From an archaeon (GTDB lineage Archaea; Undinarchaeota; Undinarchaeia; Undinarchaeales; JBDRKL01): a DNA stretch of 47,655 bases. Numbering within the stretch: the first letter of the stretch is position 1; each line of letters opens with the position of its first letter. The notes beneath the pieces are model-generated. The model did not search any database and had not been told where the DNA came from. It saw nothing but the letters and a program-made list of their open reading frames with translations. A program made the position numbers and the translations under genes. The stretch lies in assembly GCA_043814055.1 (NCBI GenBank), contig JBDRKL010000013.1, positions 1 through 47,655 of the forward strand, in the 5' to 3' direction. Positions 10,201 to 19,640 of this stretch are shown here, piece by piece.

Positions 10201-10419
10201 CCAGCCCTCTGTCCCGTTCGTACCGCTCAGGTTGCTGTACTCGGCAATCTTGCTCGGGCCATATTGTCCAAAGGTGTATACTTCCACCGTGACATTAGTT
10301 CCATTCAGGATATCGCCAGAAATATTGTACGTATACCCAGTTAAGTCAAACGCATATGCGTTCCCCGCGAGCGCCAATAACATGACGCCCACAAATAAGG
10401 TTAGTTTTATAGTTTTCAT
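7261..10419 (-). CDS. Large secreted, membrane-anchored surface glycoprotein with Ig-like domains
   Basis: Signal peptide MKTIKLTLFVGVMLLALAGNAYA, very dense N-x-S/T sequons, Ig-like block ending TWTFTT, C-terminal TM helix plus KK; start moved to ATG 10419. Confidence 0.8.
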   Translation of the reverse strand: MKTIKLTLFVGVMLLALAGNAYAFDLTGYTYNISGDILNGTNVTVEVYTFGQYGPSKIAEYSNLSGTNGTEGWFNLTVPNNNSWYYKPVIRNYTGTSVSYIGPSLPEFGIGEMQMLTSSTIRFYLREAVGVNITAINGSDETVNYKYMLKDQKLGYAVAMEFQNYTNETVIWLRKDRNYSLMLYPNMSMPFAWDFNNGSAFSNGDLYARQFNLSESVQTITGYVSYGGSGNFTEMQVVAYLMEPGNMVFMQWNVPYNWSGAAVYNTTSGFYNISVPVSSENSSFLLFANAYNSSGNELYTANYRNITMTQANFSDLNFTTVPLVGNVTEHNLTANDGGNTLINTTKKTFLVVNSSGSAISQAHISMTVNYTAYNGSAFSFMTDVGGENTENANGIFKLPLLNASVQNIEIFAQNGGAPRKMKLTIAQLQSDPVIITLYGFDPKGMKDEAMAINMTMLNSTAVCDVPNPNMTLCSPAGSSGMGGEDSFKSGMFAAVIGGAKVSLRMTDAVRGITVHYVNVDMMASGPPDAMFDNESNESTEGNISKEEVWKFASTGPEIYDYIIVGFPYEDTTTGGGTVQEGLAYVSMDSFYDVDADDTSTWTEVWNESNGTEYVPVGYEDYNTSTYRSYLNGSKALCNSSDVNLSSGLCYIDTTNNMIWMKLPHFSGVGPQIDFSLTGTGNITLNSPADNNITTDATPDFNFTFVHNAESTADCNLYVGTTQYGNNSSAINNTATVITANATIANGSNTWYINCTTPLNDSGESASRTLWIDNGSLPTLLSVSPNGTLSGLATAVYVTFNDSRMNNETVNTSTFYVNLTSGGTSVGGTITNTSGTAFVYTFSNALSYATQYNVTVKEDVADIYGNQQGANVTWTFTTGSAPSGPSRTGDTGGLGSSAPTLQEGVEKTLSMVEGDSVGFRVEGSSHTAKIDSVSAGSVIMRITSDPILVTLQPGKITRVDVDSDGMLDLELLLNRIQNGVADITFKLYEEAEKQEITESVRRTATPSAPVPDEAPTAAVVAEEQGVRQDWTLPLAVVLILVVAGLGYYFYTKK

Positions 10420-10487
10420 AGGGACCATCTCAAGGATGTTAAAAATCACTAAGGGAAGTTACTATTTAAGCTTTTTTTTTAATGCAG

Positions 10488-11051
10488 CTATTCGCATAAC
10501 TTGAGAACACCCCGTCGCAACACCTCAACCCCATTCTCAACCTTAACCACAGTGCTTGGTCCGTTCTCCTTGGTTGTTCCCCCATCAATAACCAAATCAA
10601 CCCCATCAAGAATGCTCTGCGGTATTTGTTCCACCTTCACCGGCTCCTCGCCCCCGCTCAAATTCGCAGAAGTGCTTGCAATCGGCCCAACCTGCCTTAT
10701 TATTTCAAGAACACTCTCCTCGTCAGGAACCCTAATCCCAACATACTCAGTATCAGTAACCCAAGCTGGAACAATCTCCTTCTTCTTCAGCACAAGAGTC
10801 AACGGCCCTGGCAGGTATTTATCAATCAATTCCTGAGCCTTCTCATTAACCTCAGCATATTTACCAACCTCCTCTTTTAGCACAGCAATTGAAAGCGGCT
10901 TGTTAAAATCCCTGCCCTTCAACTCATAAATTTTCTTCACAGCAGCCTCATTGAAAACATCAGCCCCTAAGCCATAAAGCGTTTCAGTAGGGTAAACAAT
11001 AACCCCGCCAGATTTCAAAACCTCAACTGCTTTCTCAATCTCCAATTTCAT
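10488..11051 (-). CDS. sua5: L-threonylcarbamoyladenylate synthase (YrdC/Sua5, short form)
   Basis: YPTETLYGL, KGR..KPL, PGPLT, STSANLSG, STVV. Confidence 0.93.
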   Translation of the reverse strand: MKLEIEKAVEVLKSGGVIVYPTETLYGLGADVFNEAAVKKIYELKGRDFNKPLSIAVLKEEVGKYAEVNEKAQELIDKYLPGPLTLVLKKKEIVPAWVTDTEYVGIRVPDEESVLEIIRQVGPIASTSANLSGGEEPVKVEQIPQSILDGVDLVIDGGTTKENGPSTVVKVENGVEVLRRGVLKLCE

Positions 11052-11694
11052 CTATCACTCCAAGCATCTCCTCAAACCTGTGGCTGTCTATCTTATAGTC
11101 AGCCCCGCACTCCCCACTTGAAACAGTAACCATCCCAAGCTCCTTCGCCGGCTTTATATCACTCTCCTTGTCCCCGACCATAATCGCATCTCTTGCACTA
11201 CATTTTGCAAGCTCTAACGCCTTTTCAAATATTTCCTTCTCCGGCTTCCTAACCCCAATATCCTCTGAAATCACAACCACTTCAAAAAACTCCTGCAAGC
11301 CAAGTTTTATCAATTTCTCCCTCTGCTTCACAGACCTGCCATTGCTTATCACCCCAAGCCTGTGCCCTCTCTTCTTCAGCTCTTCAAGCGTCCGAACCAC
11401 TCCTGAATAAGGCTTCAAATAATACTTCGCAACTTCCTGGTAGGCAACAACCCCTGCAGTCACGATGTCCCAGTCCGCAACACCATTAAATTTCTTCACG
11501 AGCTCGTTGAAGTGCGCGTCCGAATTAGACCCGAGCCTCTCCACAATCTTCACAAGCTCCTCGTACGCTTCTTTTTCACTCGCCTTGAGCCCCCTCTTTA
11601 TCATCGCTTGTATCGCGTTCTTCCGCGCGTGCTCAGAGTGTTCCCTTGAATAGAAAAGCGTGTTGTCAATGTCAAAAAAAATCCATTTTTTCAT
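11035..11694 (-). CDS. HAD-superfamily hydrolase (probable nucleotidase-type)
   Basis: FFDIDNTL, ISNG, KPEKEIF, MVGD...D motifs. Confidence 0.9.
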   Translation of the reverse strand: MKKWIFFDIDNTLFYSREHSEHARKNAIQAMIKRGLKASEKEAYEELVKIVERLGSNSDAHFNELVKKFNGVADWDIVTAGVVAYQEVAKYYLKPYSGVVRTLEELKKRGHRLGVISNGRSVKQREKLIKLGLQEFFEVVVISEDIGVRKPEKEIFEKALELAKCSARDAIMVGDKESDIKPAKELGMVTVSSGECGADYKIDSHRFEEMLGVIDEIGD

Positions 11695-14126
11695 TTCCCA
11701 AAATCCCCCAATTTAAATTGCTTCTTCCCCATCAGCTCGCCTTCTTCATAGCCAAGCGCGCCCATCACCCTAGACACAGCTGGAACTATCTCGTGCTCAA
11801 TATAATAAGTTGTGTCAACCTGCTCTTCCTTCACCTCGTCAACAGGCCGCGCCCGCTCGCTTATCATGCCCCCACCCTTCACTATAATATAGCCAATAGT
11901 GCTTCCTGTGTGAATATCCTCTCCGCGCTTCTTGAGCAGTTTCGCAACCGAGATGTGCGGAGCTGTTGCAGTATACTTATCCAACGGTCGCGTTAAGTCA
12001 GTGTAAATCGCCAACTCTTCTTTCTTAAAATCTCCATCCTTTAATCTCTTAATCACTTCCCTCACAATTTCAAAAGCCCGCTCAGATTTTCCATCCTCAA
12101 GCACAGACTCCAGAACCCTCTTTTGCGTGTCCTTTGACATCGGCGACCAGTCCTTCCTTACGAATTCAAGCCCCTTCACACTGGTCTCGCCCTTCTCGTT
12201 AATCAGCGCGTACCTCTTCTTTGACACGAAAATTCCGCGCTTGTAAGTCCCCTCAAACTCCAGTTCCATGACTCCTGGCAGTTCTTTGTTCACTTTTTGC
12301 AGGAACTCTTTTGAAACATCCTTGACCTTCCCTTTCTCAGCCACAACGAACAATGAATCAGTATCCCCGTAAATAACCCTCAGCCCAAAATCTTCTGCAA
12401 CTCCAATAATCTTCTTGATATACATCCTGCCCCACGAAGTAACTGAACTTGCTCCGTCTCGTGTGTACCATCTTGAGCCGCGGTAAGCCAGATAACCATA
12501 AGCAGAATTTGCCAGAATCTTCAGCGCGTACTGCGCGTTATCCAATCGCTCATAAGCTACAGAGCCTTTCTCGTGCTTCTTCATCTCCTTCTTCGCCTTA
12601 ATCCGCTCCTCAAGAATATGCTTCAGCACAGCGGGCATCAAACCCTCGCGCTTCTTGCAGAACCAATTCTCTGTCTCCTCATTCTTTTCCACTTTCCCTT
12701 CACAACATCTGCAATCAATAGTGCTCTGGTCAATGTTGTGCGAGATTATAATCGTGGGATACAGTGATCTGAAATCAAACAGCGCGATGTTCTCGTGCAT
12801 TCCAACCTCGGGCTCTTTCACGTACGCGCCTTCAAACGCCTCGAACTGCGCCCTCTGCTCTCTTTCCGCGTCCTCAGGCCTGTTCGGTATCAGCTCATCC
12901 CGCTCAAACGCGTTCCACATCAAATAAGCCTCAACAAGCTGTCCATAAGTTGTCCTGATACAGTCAAACAGCGGAACCTTAACCATTCTCGCAATTTCAT
13001 ACTCCCGCGGGAGGAACAGCTCGCTCAGCTTGTGAGTAATCACAGCATCATTCAGCGAGTACGCAACCATTTCCTTGAACTTCTCCCCGGTCTTCCAGTA
13101 AGCGTCAATATTCTTCCAGTCAACCTCGCCCTTCTCAATACCCTCAGGCAAAAACTTCTCCGCAATGCTCTTCAGCGTCCGCTTGTTCACCTGCCCAAGC
13201 GCGCCCCTCAAAATAATCGTAACATAATGATACAAATCCGCGTGCACCCTGCCTTTCATCCCTGCAGCGTGATACATCCCACGGCTCTTGAACTGCACAG
13301 CCCTCTTGTCCCTGCCAAGCCTCAGCTCGTGCCCATAGGCTTTTGCCCTGTCCCTCAGGTAAGGCATATCAAAATTGTCCGAATTGTAAGCGGTCAAAAT
13401 GTCAACATCCCTTTCCCGCACAATTTCCTCAAACCTCTGAATCATTGCAATCTCATCTTTCAGAACCTCAACATCCTTCAGCCCCTCTCCGAATTCCTTG
13501 TAAGTCAAAACTTTCTTGAATTTCTCAGAACCAAGGCTAATCATCATTATCGGATCGCTCTCAGCCTGCGGCATACCACCTTTTGAGTAAGTCTCAATGT
13601 CAAAACTCATAATGTTCAGCTTCGGCAGTTCCTTGTCAACCATCCTAGGCTCTTTTGAAATCTCAACCGCAAGCCCAACATCCAAGTCGCTCTTAACTTC
13701 CTTCCCCTCAACTTTAATCATCCCCATCGGCTCCAGACCCTTGTTGATTATGTATCTCCTGCCAAACAAAATATCAGCCTCATAAACATTCCGCACACCA
13801 GGCAGAATCCGCACTGCCTCCCGCGCAGGAACAACCTGCGGCGGATTCCTTGTAAAAACCTTCAAAACTTTTACCTTCTCAGTCCTGTAAAAAAGTTCTT
13901 CTTGCTCAACCTTGACAATCTCAAACTCTCCGCCTCCCAATTCCTTAATGCTCTTCTCCACTTTTTTCAAGTCATCCTTCACAAGAACATAAAAATATGG
14001 CTCAAAACTCTTATCCAGCACTACAATGCTCTTCCCCTTGTCAGTCCTGCCAAACATCCGAACTGCAGGCAGTCCTCCGTCTAGGGAATAGTCAATGTCC
14101 AGCAGGCAGAACGTGTATTCTGGCAT
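11691..14126 (-). CDS. polB: Family B DNA polymerase, no intein
   Basis: FDIETY, YNSDNFD, DFRSLYPTII, KILANSAYGY, YGDTDS; C-terminal PIP-like QFKLGDF. Confidence 0.97.
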   Translation of the reverse strand: MPEYTFCLLDIDYSLDGGLPAVRMFGRTDKGKSIVVLDKSFEPYFYVLVKDDLKKVEKSIKELGGGEFEIVKVEQEELFYRTEKVKVLKVFTRNPPQVVPAREAVRILPGVRNVYEADILFGRRYIINKGLEPMGMIKVEGKEVKSDLDVGLAVEISKEPRMVDKELPKLNIMSFDIETYSKGGMPQAESDPIMMISLGSEKFKKVLTYKEFGEGLKDVEVLKDEIAMIQRFEEIVRERDVDILTAYNSDNFDMPYLRDRAKAYGHELRLGRDKRAVQFKSRGMYHAAGMKGRVHADLYHYVTIILRGALGQVNKRTLKSIAEKFLPEGIEKGEVDWKNIDAYWKTGEKFKEMVAYSLNDAVITHKLSELFLPREYEIARMVKVPLFDCIRTTYGQLVEAYLMWNAFERDELIPNRPEDAEREQRAQFEAFEGAYVKEPEVGMHENIALFDFRSLYPTIIISHNIDQSTIDCRCCEGKVEKNEETENWFCKKREGLMPAVLKHILEERIKAKKEMKKHEKGSVAYERLDNAQYALKILANSAYGYLAYRGSRWYTRDGASSVTSWGRMYIKKIIGVAEDFGLRVIYGDTDSLFVVAEKGKVKDVSKEFLQKVNKELPGVMELEFEGTYKRGIFVSKKRYALINEKGETSVKGLEFVRKDWSPMSKDTQKRVLESVLEDGKSERAFEIVREVIKRLKDGDFKKEELAIYTDLTRPLDKYTATAPHISVAKLLKKRGEDIHTGSTIGYIIVKGGGMISERARPVDEVKEEQVDTTYYIEHEIVPAVSRVMGALGYEEGELMGKKQFKLGDFGK

Positions 14127-14149
14127 ACTCTAGAATAGTCCTCAATATC

Positions 14150-16873
14150 TTAAGTATTCTTCCTAATCTCAGCCTGCGCAGCCGCGAGTATTGCAACCGG
14201 AACCCTGTATGGCGAGCAGCTCACGTAGTTCAGCGGAAGCGTGTTGAAGAACTCAATTGAAGCTGGGTCGCCGCCGTGCTCGCCGCACACGCCAATCTCA
14301 AGCTCTTTGTTGGTTTTCCTGCCCTTCTCAATTCCCATCTTGATCAGCTCGCCAACTCCGTCCCGGTCAACTGACATGAACGGGCTCCTCTCAAGAATCC
14401 CGCGCTGCCTGTATTCCGGTATGAACTTGCCCTCAACATCGTCCCTGCTGAAGCCGAGCGTGGTCTGCGTCAAATCATTCGTCCCGAAACTGAAGAAATC
14501 AGCCTCCTGCGCAATCTTGTCCGCTGTAATCGCTGCGCGCGGGAGCTCAATCATTGTGCCAACCATCACGTTCGGCAGTTTGCTAAGGTCCATGTCGTCC
14601 ATAACTGCCTTGATGTGATTCTTTATCTCAATTAGCTCCTTCACGTATCCAACGAGCGGCACCATTATTTCCGGCCTCGGGTTCTTGCCCTCTTTCTTGA
14701 GCTCAGCGGCAGCTTCAAGAATCGCCCGCACCTGCATCTTGTAAATATCAGGGAAAGTGATTCCAAGCCTGCACCCCCTGTGCCCGAGCATCGGGTTTTG
14801 CTCGTGCAGTTTCTCAACCTTCTCAAGCAATTTCTCTTTCTCCTTGAGCATTTTCTTGTCCTTGCCTGTAAGCTCAAGCTCCTTAATCTCAACCATTAAT
14901 TCCTCAAGCCTCGGCAAGAACTCGTGGAGCGGCGGGTCAAGCAGCCTGATGATAACCGGCAATCCGTCCATTGCTTTCAAAATTCCTTTGAAGTCCTTCC
15001 TCTGCATCGGGAGCAGTTTCTGAAGCGCCTTTGCCCTTTCAGCATCGTCATCCGCAAGTATCATTTGCTGCACAACAGGCAGTCGCTCGTCGCCGAAGAA
15101 CATGTGCTCTGTTCTGCACAGCCCAACTCCAATAGCTCCAAGCTCGCGGGCAAGCATTGAATCATCCGGCGTGTCAGAGTTCGCCCTGACTCCAAGCCGC
15201 TTGAACCCGTCAGCCCATTTCATTATAATCTCATACTGCTGGTAAACAATAGATTTCTCTTTCTTGACCTCTCCGCGAAGCACCCGAATAATCTCGGAGT
15301 CCATTGTCTTGACCTCACCCAGCATCAGCTCTCCGGTGCTGCCGTCAATTGAAATCGCGTCTCCTTTCTTCACAATCTTACCGTTAACCTCAAACTCCTG
15401 CTTGTCATAATCAACATTAACAGCGTCACACCCTGCGACGCAGCACTTGCCCATTCCTCTTGCAACAACAGCTGCGTGGCTGGTCATCCCACCCCTCGCG
15501 GTCAGAATGCCCTCCGAAGCTGCCATTCCCTGAATATCATCCGGCGAGGTTTCAAGCCGGACCAGAATTGTTTTCTCGCCCCTGCCTTTTGCCTCAACAG
15601 AATCTTCTGCATTGAAAACAACCTTGCCGCTCGCCGCGCCCGGAGACGCAGGCAGGCCTTTTGCCACAACATCTCTCTTAATTTTGTCATCAAATGTCCT
15701 GTGCAATAATTGATCCAACTGTTCTGGCCCGACCTTCATTACCGCGGTCTTCTTGTCCATCAGCCCTTCCTTCTCCATTTCAATCGCAACCCGTATCGCA
15801 GCCTTCGCAGTCCTCTTCCCATTCCTAGTCTGCAGTATCCATAGCTTTCCCTTTTGAATAGTAAACTCAAGGTCCTGCATATCGTGGTAGTGCTTCTCAA
15901 GCTTGTCGCGGATATCATCAAGTTGCTTGTATAGCTCAGGCATAATCTCCTCAAGCGAGCTCAATTTTGAATCCCCCTTGTTCTTGTTCAGCGGGTGCGG
16001 AGTCCTGATTCCTGCGACAACATCCTCGCCCTGCGCATTGGTCAGAAACTCGCCATAGAAAACATTCTCCCCTGTGCTCGGGTCTCTTGTGAACGCAACA
16101 CCTGTGGCTGAGTCGTCTCCCATGTTTCCGAAAACCATTGATTGCACGTTCGCCGCAGTGCCCCAGTTGCCAGGAATATTATTCAGCTGCCTGTAGCTCA
16201 CTGCCCTTGGAACATTCCACGAGCTGAAAACAGCGCTTATCGCGCCCCACAACTGCTCTTTCGGATCCTCTGGGAAAGCCTTCTTTGTTTCATCCTTAAC
16301 AATCTCCTTGAACTTCGCAACAAGCCCTTTCAAATCCTCAGCGCTCATATCAGTATCCTTCTTGATTCCTCTCTTCTCCTTGACCTTTTCAATCTCTTTT
16401 TCAAAAAGCTCGCTGCTCAGTCCGAGCACAACATCTCCATACATTTGAACAAAGCGCCTGTAGCTGTCATACGCCGCCCGCTCGTTGTCGGTGTGCTTTA
16501 TCATTCCTTCAACAGTCTTGTCGTTCAGGCCGATGTTCAAAACTGTGTCCATCATCCCAGGCATTGAAACCCGCGAGCCAGACCTTACAGACATTAGAAG
16601 CGGATTCTCAACATCTCCGAACTTCGCTCCCATAGCCTTCTCAACAGTCTCCAGGTTATCCTCAACTTCCTTCTCCAAGCCCTGCGGGTACTTGTGGTTG
16701 TTCTCGTAGAACTCTGTGCAGACATCTGTCGTAATCGTGAAGCCAGCAGGCACCGGAAGCCCAAGGCTGGTCATCTCAGCGAGGTTCGCGCCCTTGCCGC
16801 CGAGCAGTTCGCGCATAGCCGCGTTTCCATCAGCTTTTCCGTTGCCGAAAAAGTAAACATATTTTTTTGTCAT
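14150..16873 (-). CDS. ppdK: Pyruvate, phosphate dikinase
   Basis: LGGKGANLAEM, SMPGMMDT, GGMTSHAAVVARG, FSFGTNDLTQ, CGEHGG. Confidence 0.97.
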   Translation of the reverse strand: MTKKYVYFFGNGKADGNAAMRELLGGKGANLAEMTSLGLPVPAGFTITTDVCTEFYENNHKYPQGLEKEVEDNLETVEKAMGAKFGDVENPLLMSVRSGSRVSMPGMMDTVLNIGLNDKTVEGMIKHTDNERAAYDSYRRFVQMYGDVVLGLSSELFEKEIEKVKEKRGIKKDTDMSAEDLKGLVAKFKEIVKDETKKAFPEDPKEQLWGAISAVFSSWNVPRAVSYRQLNNIPGNWGTAANVQSMVFGNMGDDSATGVAFTRDPSTGENVFYGEFLTNAQGEDVVAGIRTPHPLNKNKGDSKLSSLEEIMPELYKQLDDIRDKLEKHYHDMQDLEFTIQKGKLWILQTRNGKRTAKAAIRVAIEMEKEGLMDKKTAVMKVGPEQLDQLLHRTFDDKIKRDVVAKGLPASPGAASGKVVFNAEDSVEAKGRGEKTILVRLETSPDDIQGMAASEGILTARGGMTSHAAVVARGMGKCCVAGCDAVNVDYDKQEFEVNGKIVKKGDAISIDGSTGELMLGEVKTMDSEIIRVLRGEVKKEKSIVYQQYEIIMKWADGFKRLGVRANSDTPDDSMLARELGAIGVGLCRTEHMFFGDERLPVVQQMILADDDAERAKALQKLLPMQRKDFKGILKAMDGLPVIIRLLDPPLHEFLPRLEELMVEIKELELTGKDKKMLKEKEKLLEKVEKLHEQNPMLGHRGCRLGITFPDIYKMQVRAILEAAAELKKEGKNPRPEIMVPLVGYVKELIEIKNHIKAVMDDMDLSKLPNVMVGTMIELPRAAITADKIAQEADFFSFGTNDLTQTTLGFSRDDVEGKFIPEYRQRGILERSPFMSVDRDGVGELIKMGIEKGRKTNKELEIGVCGEHGGDPASIEFFNTLPLNYVSCSPYRVPVAILAAAQAEIRKNT

Positions 16874-16955
16874 TATAGTCTCCTCTTGTTGGTTAGCATT
16901 AACAAATTACTTGTATTCTATTATACTCGGTGGTTTTTATATTTTCTCCGCCTGC

Positions 16956-17234
16956 CGAGCGCAGCGAGTTTTTGGTCAATCTTTTTTGACAAACCTCACA
17001 AATAAAAAGGTTGGTGGGAGGGAGGAGATCTCCGGCAAATTCCGGAGGAGAATTAGGCGGCATTCGACTACGTCGAAGCCTCTATGTCATTTAGCATACG
17101 AGCGATAGCGAGACTTTTTGGTCAAGCTTTTTCAAGCGAACAGAGTGAGCGCAGAAAAAGGTTGGTGGGAGGGAGGAGATCTCCGGCAAATTCCGGAGGA
17201 GAATTAGGCGGCATTCGGCTGCGCCGAAGCCACC
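16956..17234. repeat. 151-bp-period direct repeat downstream of tRNA-Pro, with tRNA-3'-end-like sequence and hairpins
   Basis: 17004-17066 identical to 17155-17217; minus strand reads ...CCCTCCC-A-CCA; cgagcg..gcgag-tttttggtcaa-ctttt..aaaaagg block also repeated. Confidence 0.85.
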
Positions 17235-17279
17235 TTGCCAAGCAATTTGATTGCCTTTGGTTATGTTTGTGAAGATGAG

Positions 17280-17377
17280 TGGGAGAGGCCGGATTTGAAC
17301 CGGCGACCACGGCGTATTCCTGTTTCTTTTTAAGAAACACCCGAACGCCGTATCATACCAAGCTAGACCACCCTCCC
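17280..17377 (-). tRNA. tRNA-Pro(CGG) with a 24-nt intron at 37/38 (17316-17339); CCA not encoded
   Basis: GGGAGGG/CTCTCCC acceptor, CGGCG-TT-CGG-G|intron|A-CGCCG anticodon arm, GCCGG-TTCAAAT-CCGGC T arm. Confidence 0.95.
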
Positions 17378-17436
17378 AACTTCTAGCGAAGTTGACACGC
17401 TAGGCGACATTCGCGCTTCGCGCGAAGTCACCTTGT
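17378..17436. repeat. Palindromic element between tRNA-Pro and tyrS (bulged-A hairpin family)
   Basis: AACTTC/GAAGTT-GACAC.. then GGCGAC-A-TTCGCGC-ttc-GCGCGAA-GTCACC. Confidence 0.6.
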
Positions 17437-17508
17437 GCGCAACAGCGCTCGCTTGGACTCTTTTAATCTCCCACAACCTATATAATATTATAGATTCTAA
17501 ACCCCCCT

Positions 17509-18510
17509 ATGGAAAAACTTGAGCTCATCCGGCGCAACATTATAGAAGTCATAGAGGAATCCGAACTAGACGCGCTCCTCAAGGAAAAGAAAAGCCCCTC
17601 GGTCTACTGCGGCTACGAGACCTCTGGCCCGGTCCACATCGGCACCATGCTTTCTGTGAACAAGCTTATCGATTTCCAAGACGCAGGCTTAAAAGTAAAA
17701 GCTCTTTTCGCAGACCTGCACACCTGGCTCAACCGCAAGGGCGACACCAAGTGGATTGAAACCGCAATGCTCTACTGGCAGCACGCGTTCAAGGCGCTTG
17801 GCCTGAAGAAAGCCGAGTACGTGACCGGCTCCTCTTTTGAGCTCACGGAAAAATACATTCGCGACCTTTTTTCATTCGCAACGAACACAACAATAAACCG
17901 CGCGCTCCGCAGCATGCAGCAGGTTGCCCGCGATATTGAAAACGCCCACGTTTCCCAGGTCCTCTATCCTCTTATGCAGTCCCTTGACATAGCGCATATG
18001 GAGATTGACATCGCCTTCGGCGGAATTGAGCAGAGAAAAATTCACATGATTGCGCGCGAAGAACTCCCAAAGCTCGGCTACAAGAAACCCGTCTGCCTCC
18101 ACAATCCATTAATGGTCTCGCTCAAAGGTCCTGAAGTAAAAATGTCCAGTTCAGACCCAGCCACAATGATTGAAATCACAGAAGACCCAGCTGCAATCAA
18201 GAAAAAAATCAACAGCGCCTACTGCACAACCGATAACATAGCTGGAAACCCGGTTCTTCAAATTGCGCACTTCCATATATTCCCAAAGCTCGGCAAGCTT
18301 AAGATTGAACGCGACAAAAAATACGGCGGAGACCGTGAATTCAAAAATTCAGAAGAGCTCACAGAGGCATTCACCTCAGCCCAGCTCCACCCGGCAGACC
18401 TAAAAGCTGGAGTTTCCTCCTCGCTTTCAGAAATACTCAAGCCGGTCCGCGCTTATTTTGAAAAAACATCCGAGGCGCAGAAGGCGCTTGATTTTATAAA
18501 GAAAAAGTAA
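17509..18510 (+). CDS. tyrS: Tyrosine--tRNA ligase (archaeal type)
   Basis: YCGYETSGPVHIG, YPLMQSLD, GGIEQRKIH, KMSSS, LHPADLK. Confidence 0.95.
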   Translation: MEKLELIRRNIIEVIEESELDALLKEKKSPSVYCGYETSGPVHIGTMLSVNKLIDFQDAGLKVKALFADLHTWLNRKGDTKWIETAMLYWQHAFKALGLKKAEYVTGSSFELTEKYIRDLFSFATNTTINRALRSMQQVARDIENAHVSQVLYPLMQSLDIAHMEIDIAFGGIEQRKIHMIAREELPKLGYKKPVCLHNPLMVSLKGPEVKMSSSDPATMIEITEDPAAIKKKINSAYCTTDNIAGNPVLQIAHFHIFPKLGKLKIERDKKYGGDREFKNSEELTEAFTSAQLHPADLKAGVSSSLSEILKPVRAYFEKTSEAQKALDFIKKK

Positions 18511-18593
18511 AGTTCTCTGCAATTTTTTTGCAGACCACCTGAACTCATCGTGCCATAACACTTATTAAAGAAACAAATTATCTTTAGCCAACT

Positions 18594-19640
18594 ATGAACG
18601 TAGGTATAATTGGCTACGGCGCATACATTCCGCGCTACAGAATTGCTGTTGAAGAAATAGCAAAGGTCTGGGGCGCTGACGCGAAGGCAATAGCCAGCGG
18701 GTTGAAAGTTGAGGAAAAATCAGTCCCGGCAATAGACGAGGACGCAGCCACAATCGCTGTTGAAGCTGCCCGCAACGCCCTGCTCCGCGCGCAGATTAAC
18801 CCTGAAGACATTGAGGCAATTTATGTCGGTTCAGAATCACATCCTTACGCAGTCAAGCCAACCGCGACCATAGTTGCCGAGGCAATCCAGGCAACCCCCA
18901 ACCTAATGGCGGCAGACCTTGAGTTTGCCTGCAAGGCAGGAACCGCTGGAATCCAAATCGCAATCGGAATGGTCTCATCCAAACTCGCAAAATACGCTCT
19001 CGCAATCGGCGCTGACACTTCCCAGGGAGCCCCAGGCGACGCGCTTGAATACACAGCTGCAGCCGGGGGCGCAGCATTTCTAATTGGAGCGGAGAACGCA
19101 ATAGCGGAATTTGAAGGAACAGAATCCTTCACAACAGACACTCCAGATTTCTGGCGCAGGGAAGGCGCAATCTACCCGCAGCACGGAGGCCGCTTCACAG
19201 GTGAGCCTGCGTATTTCCGCCACGTGATTTCAGCGTCAAAGACCCTGATGCTAAAACTCAAGCTCAAGCCCGAGGATATTGACTACTTTGTCCCTCATCA
19301 GCCCAATGGTAAATTCCCGCGCGCAGCAGCGAAGATACTAGGATTCTCTGAAAAGCAACTGCTCCCCGGTCTCTTGGTTGGCAAAATCGGAAACACATAC
19401 TCAGGAGCAAGCCCGCTCGGCCTCAGCGCAGTGCTTGACATTGCAAAACCAGGCGAGCGCATAATGGTTACGTCATACGGCTCAGGCGCTGGCTCTGACT
19501 CATTCAGCCTTGTCGTGACTGACAAAATAAAAGAAGTGCAAAACAGGGCACCATTAACATCATCATACGTGGAGGACAAGACCAACATTGACTACGGCAC
19601 TTACGTCAAGTACCGCAAGAAGTTGAATCTCGCAAAATGA
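18594..19640 (+). CDS. mvaS: Hydroxymethylglutaryl-CoA synthase (archaeal)
   Basis: [43 protein letters not shown]. Confidence 0.96.
   Translation: MNVGIIGYGAYIPRYRIAVEEIAKVWGADAKAIASGLKVEEKSVPAIDEDAATIAVEAARNALLRAQINPEDIEAIYVGSESHPYAVKPTATIVAEAIQATPNLMAADLEFACKAGTAGIQIAIGMVSSKLAKYALAIGADTSQGAPGDALEYTAAAGGAAFLIGAENAIAEFEGTESFTTDTPDFWRREGAIYPQHGGRFTGEPAYFRHVISASKTLMLKLKLKPEDIDYFVPHQPNGKFPRAAAKILGFSEKQLLPGLLVGKIGNTYSGASPLGLSAVLDIAKPGERIMVTSYGSGAGSDSFSLVVTDKIKEVQNRAPLTSSYVEDKTNIDYGTYVKYRKKLNLAK

Noticed and set aside
11691-14126. Intein in PolB (also checked Cdc48 and RadB)
   Set aside because: Lengths are normal and the conserved motifs are uninterrupted
17122-17340. 72-aa ORF and other small ORFs at 16911-17272
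   Set aside because: They overlap tRNA-Pro and the repeats and have no protein features
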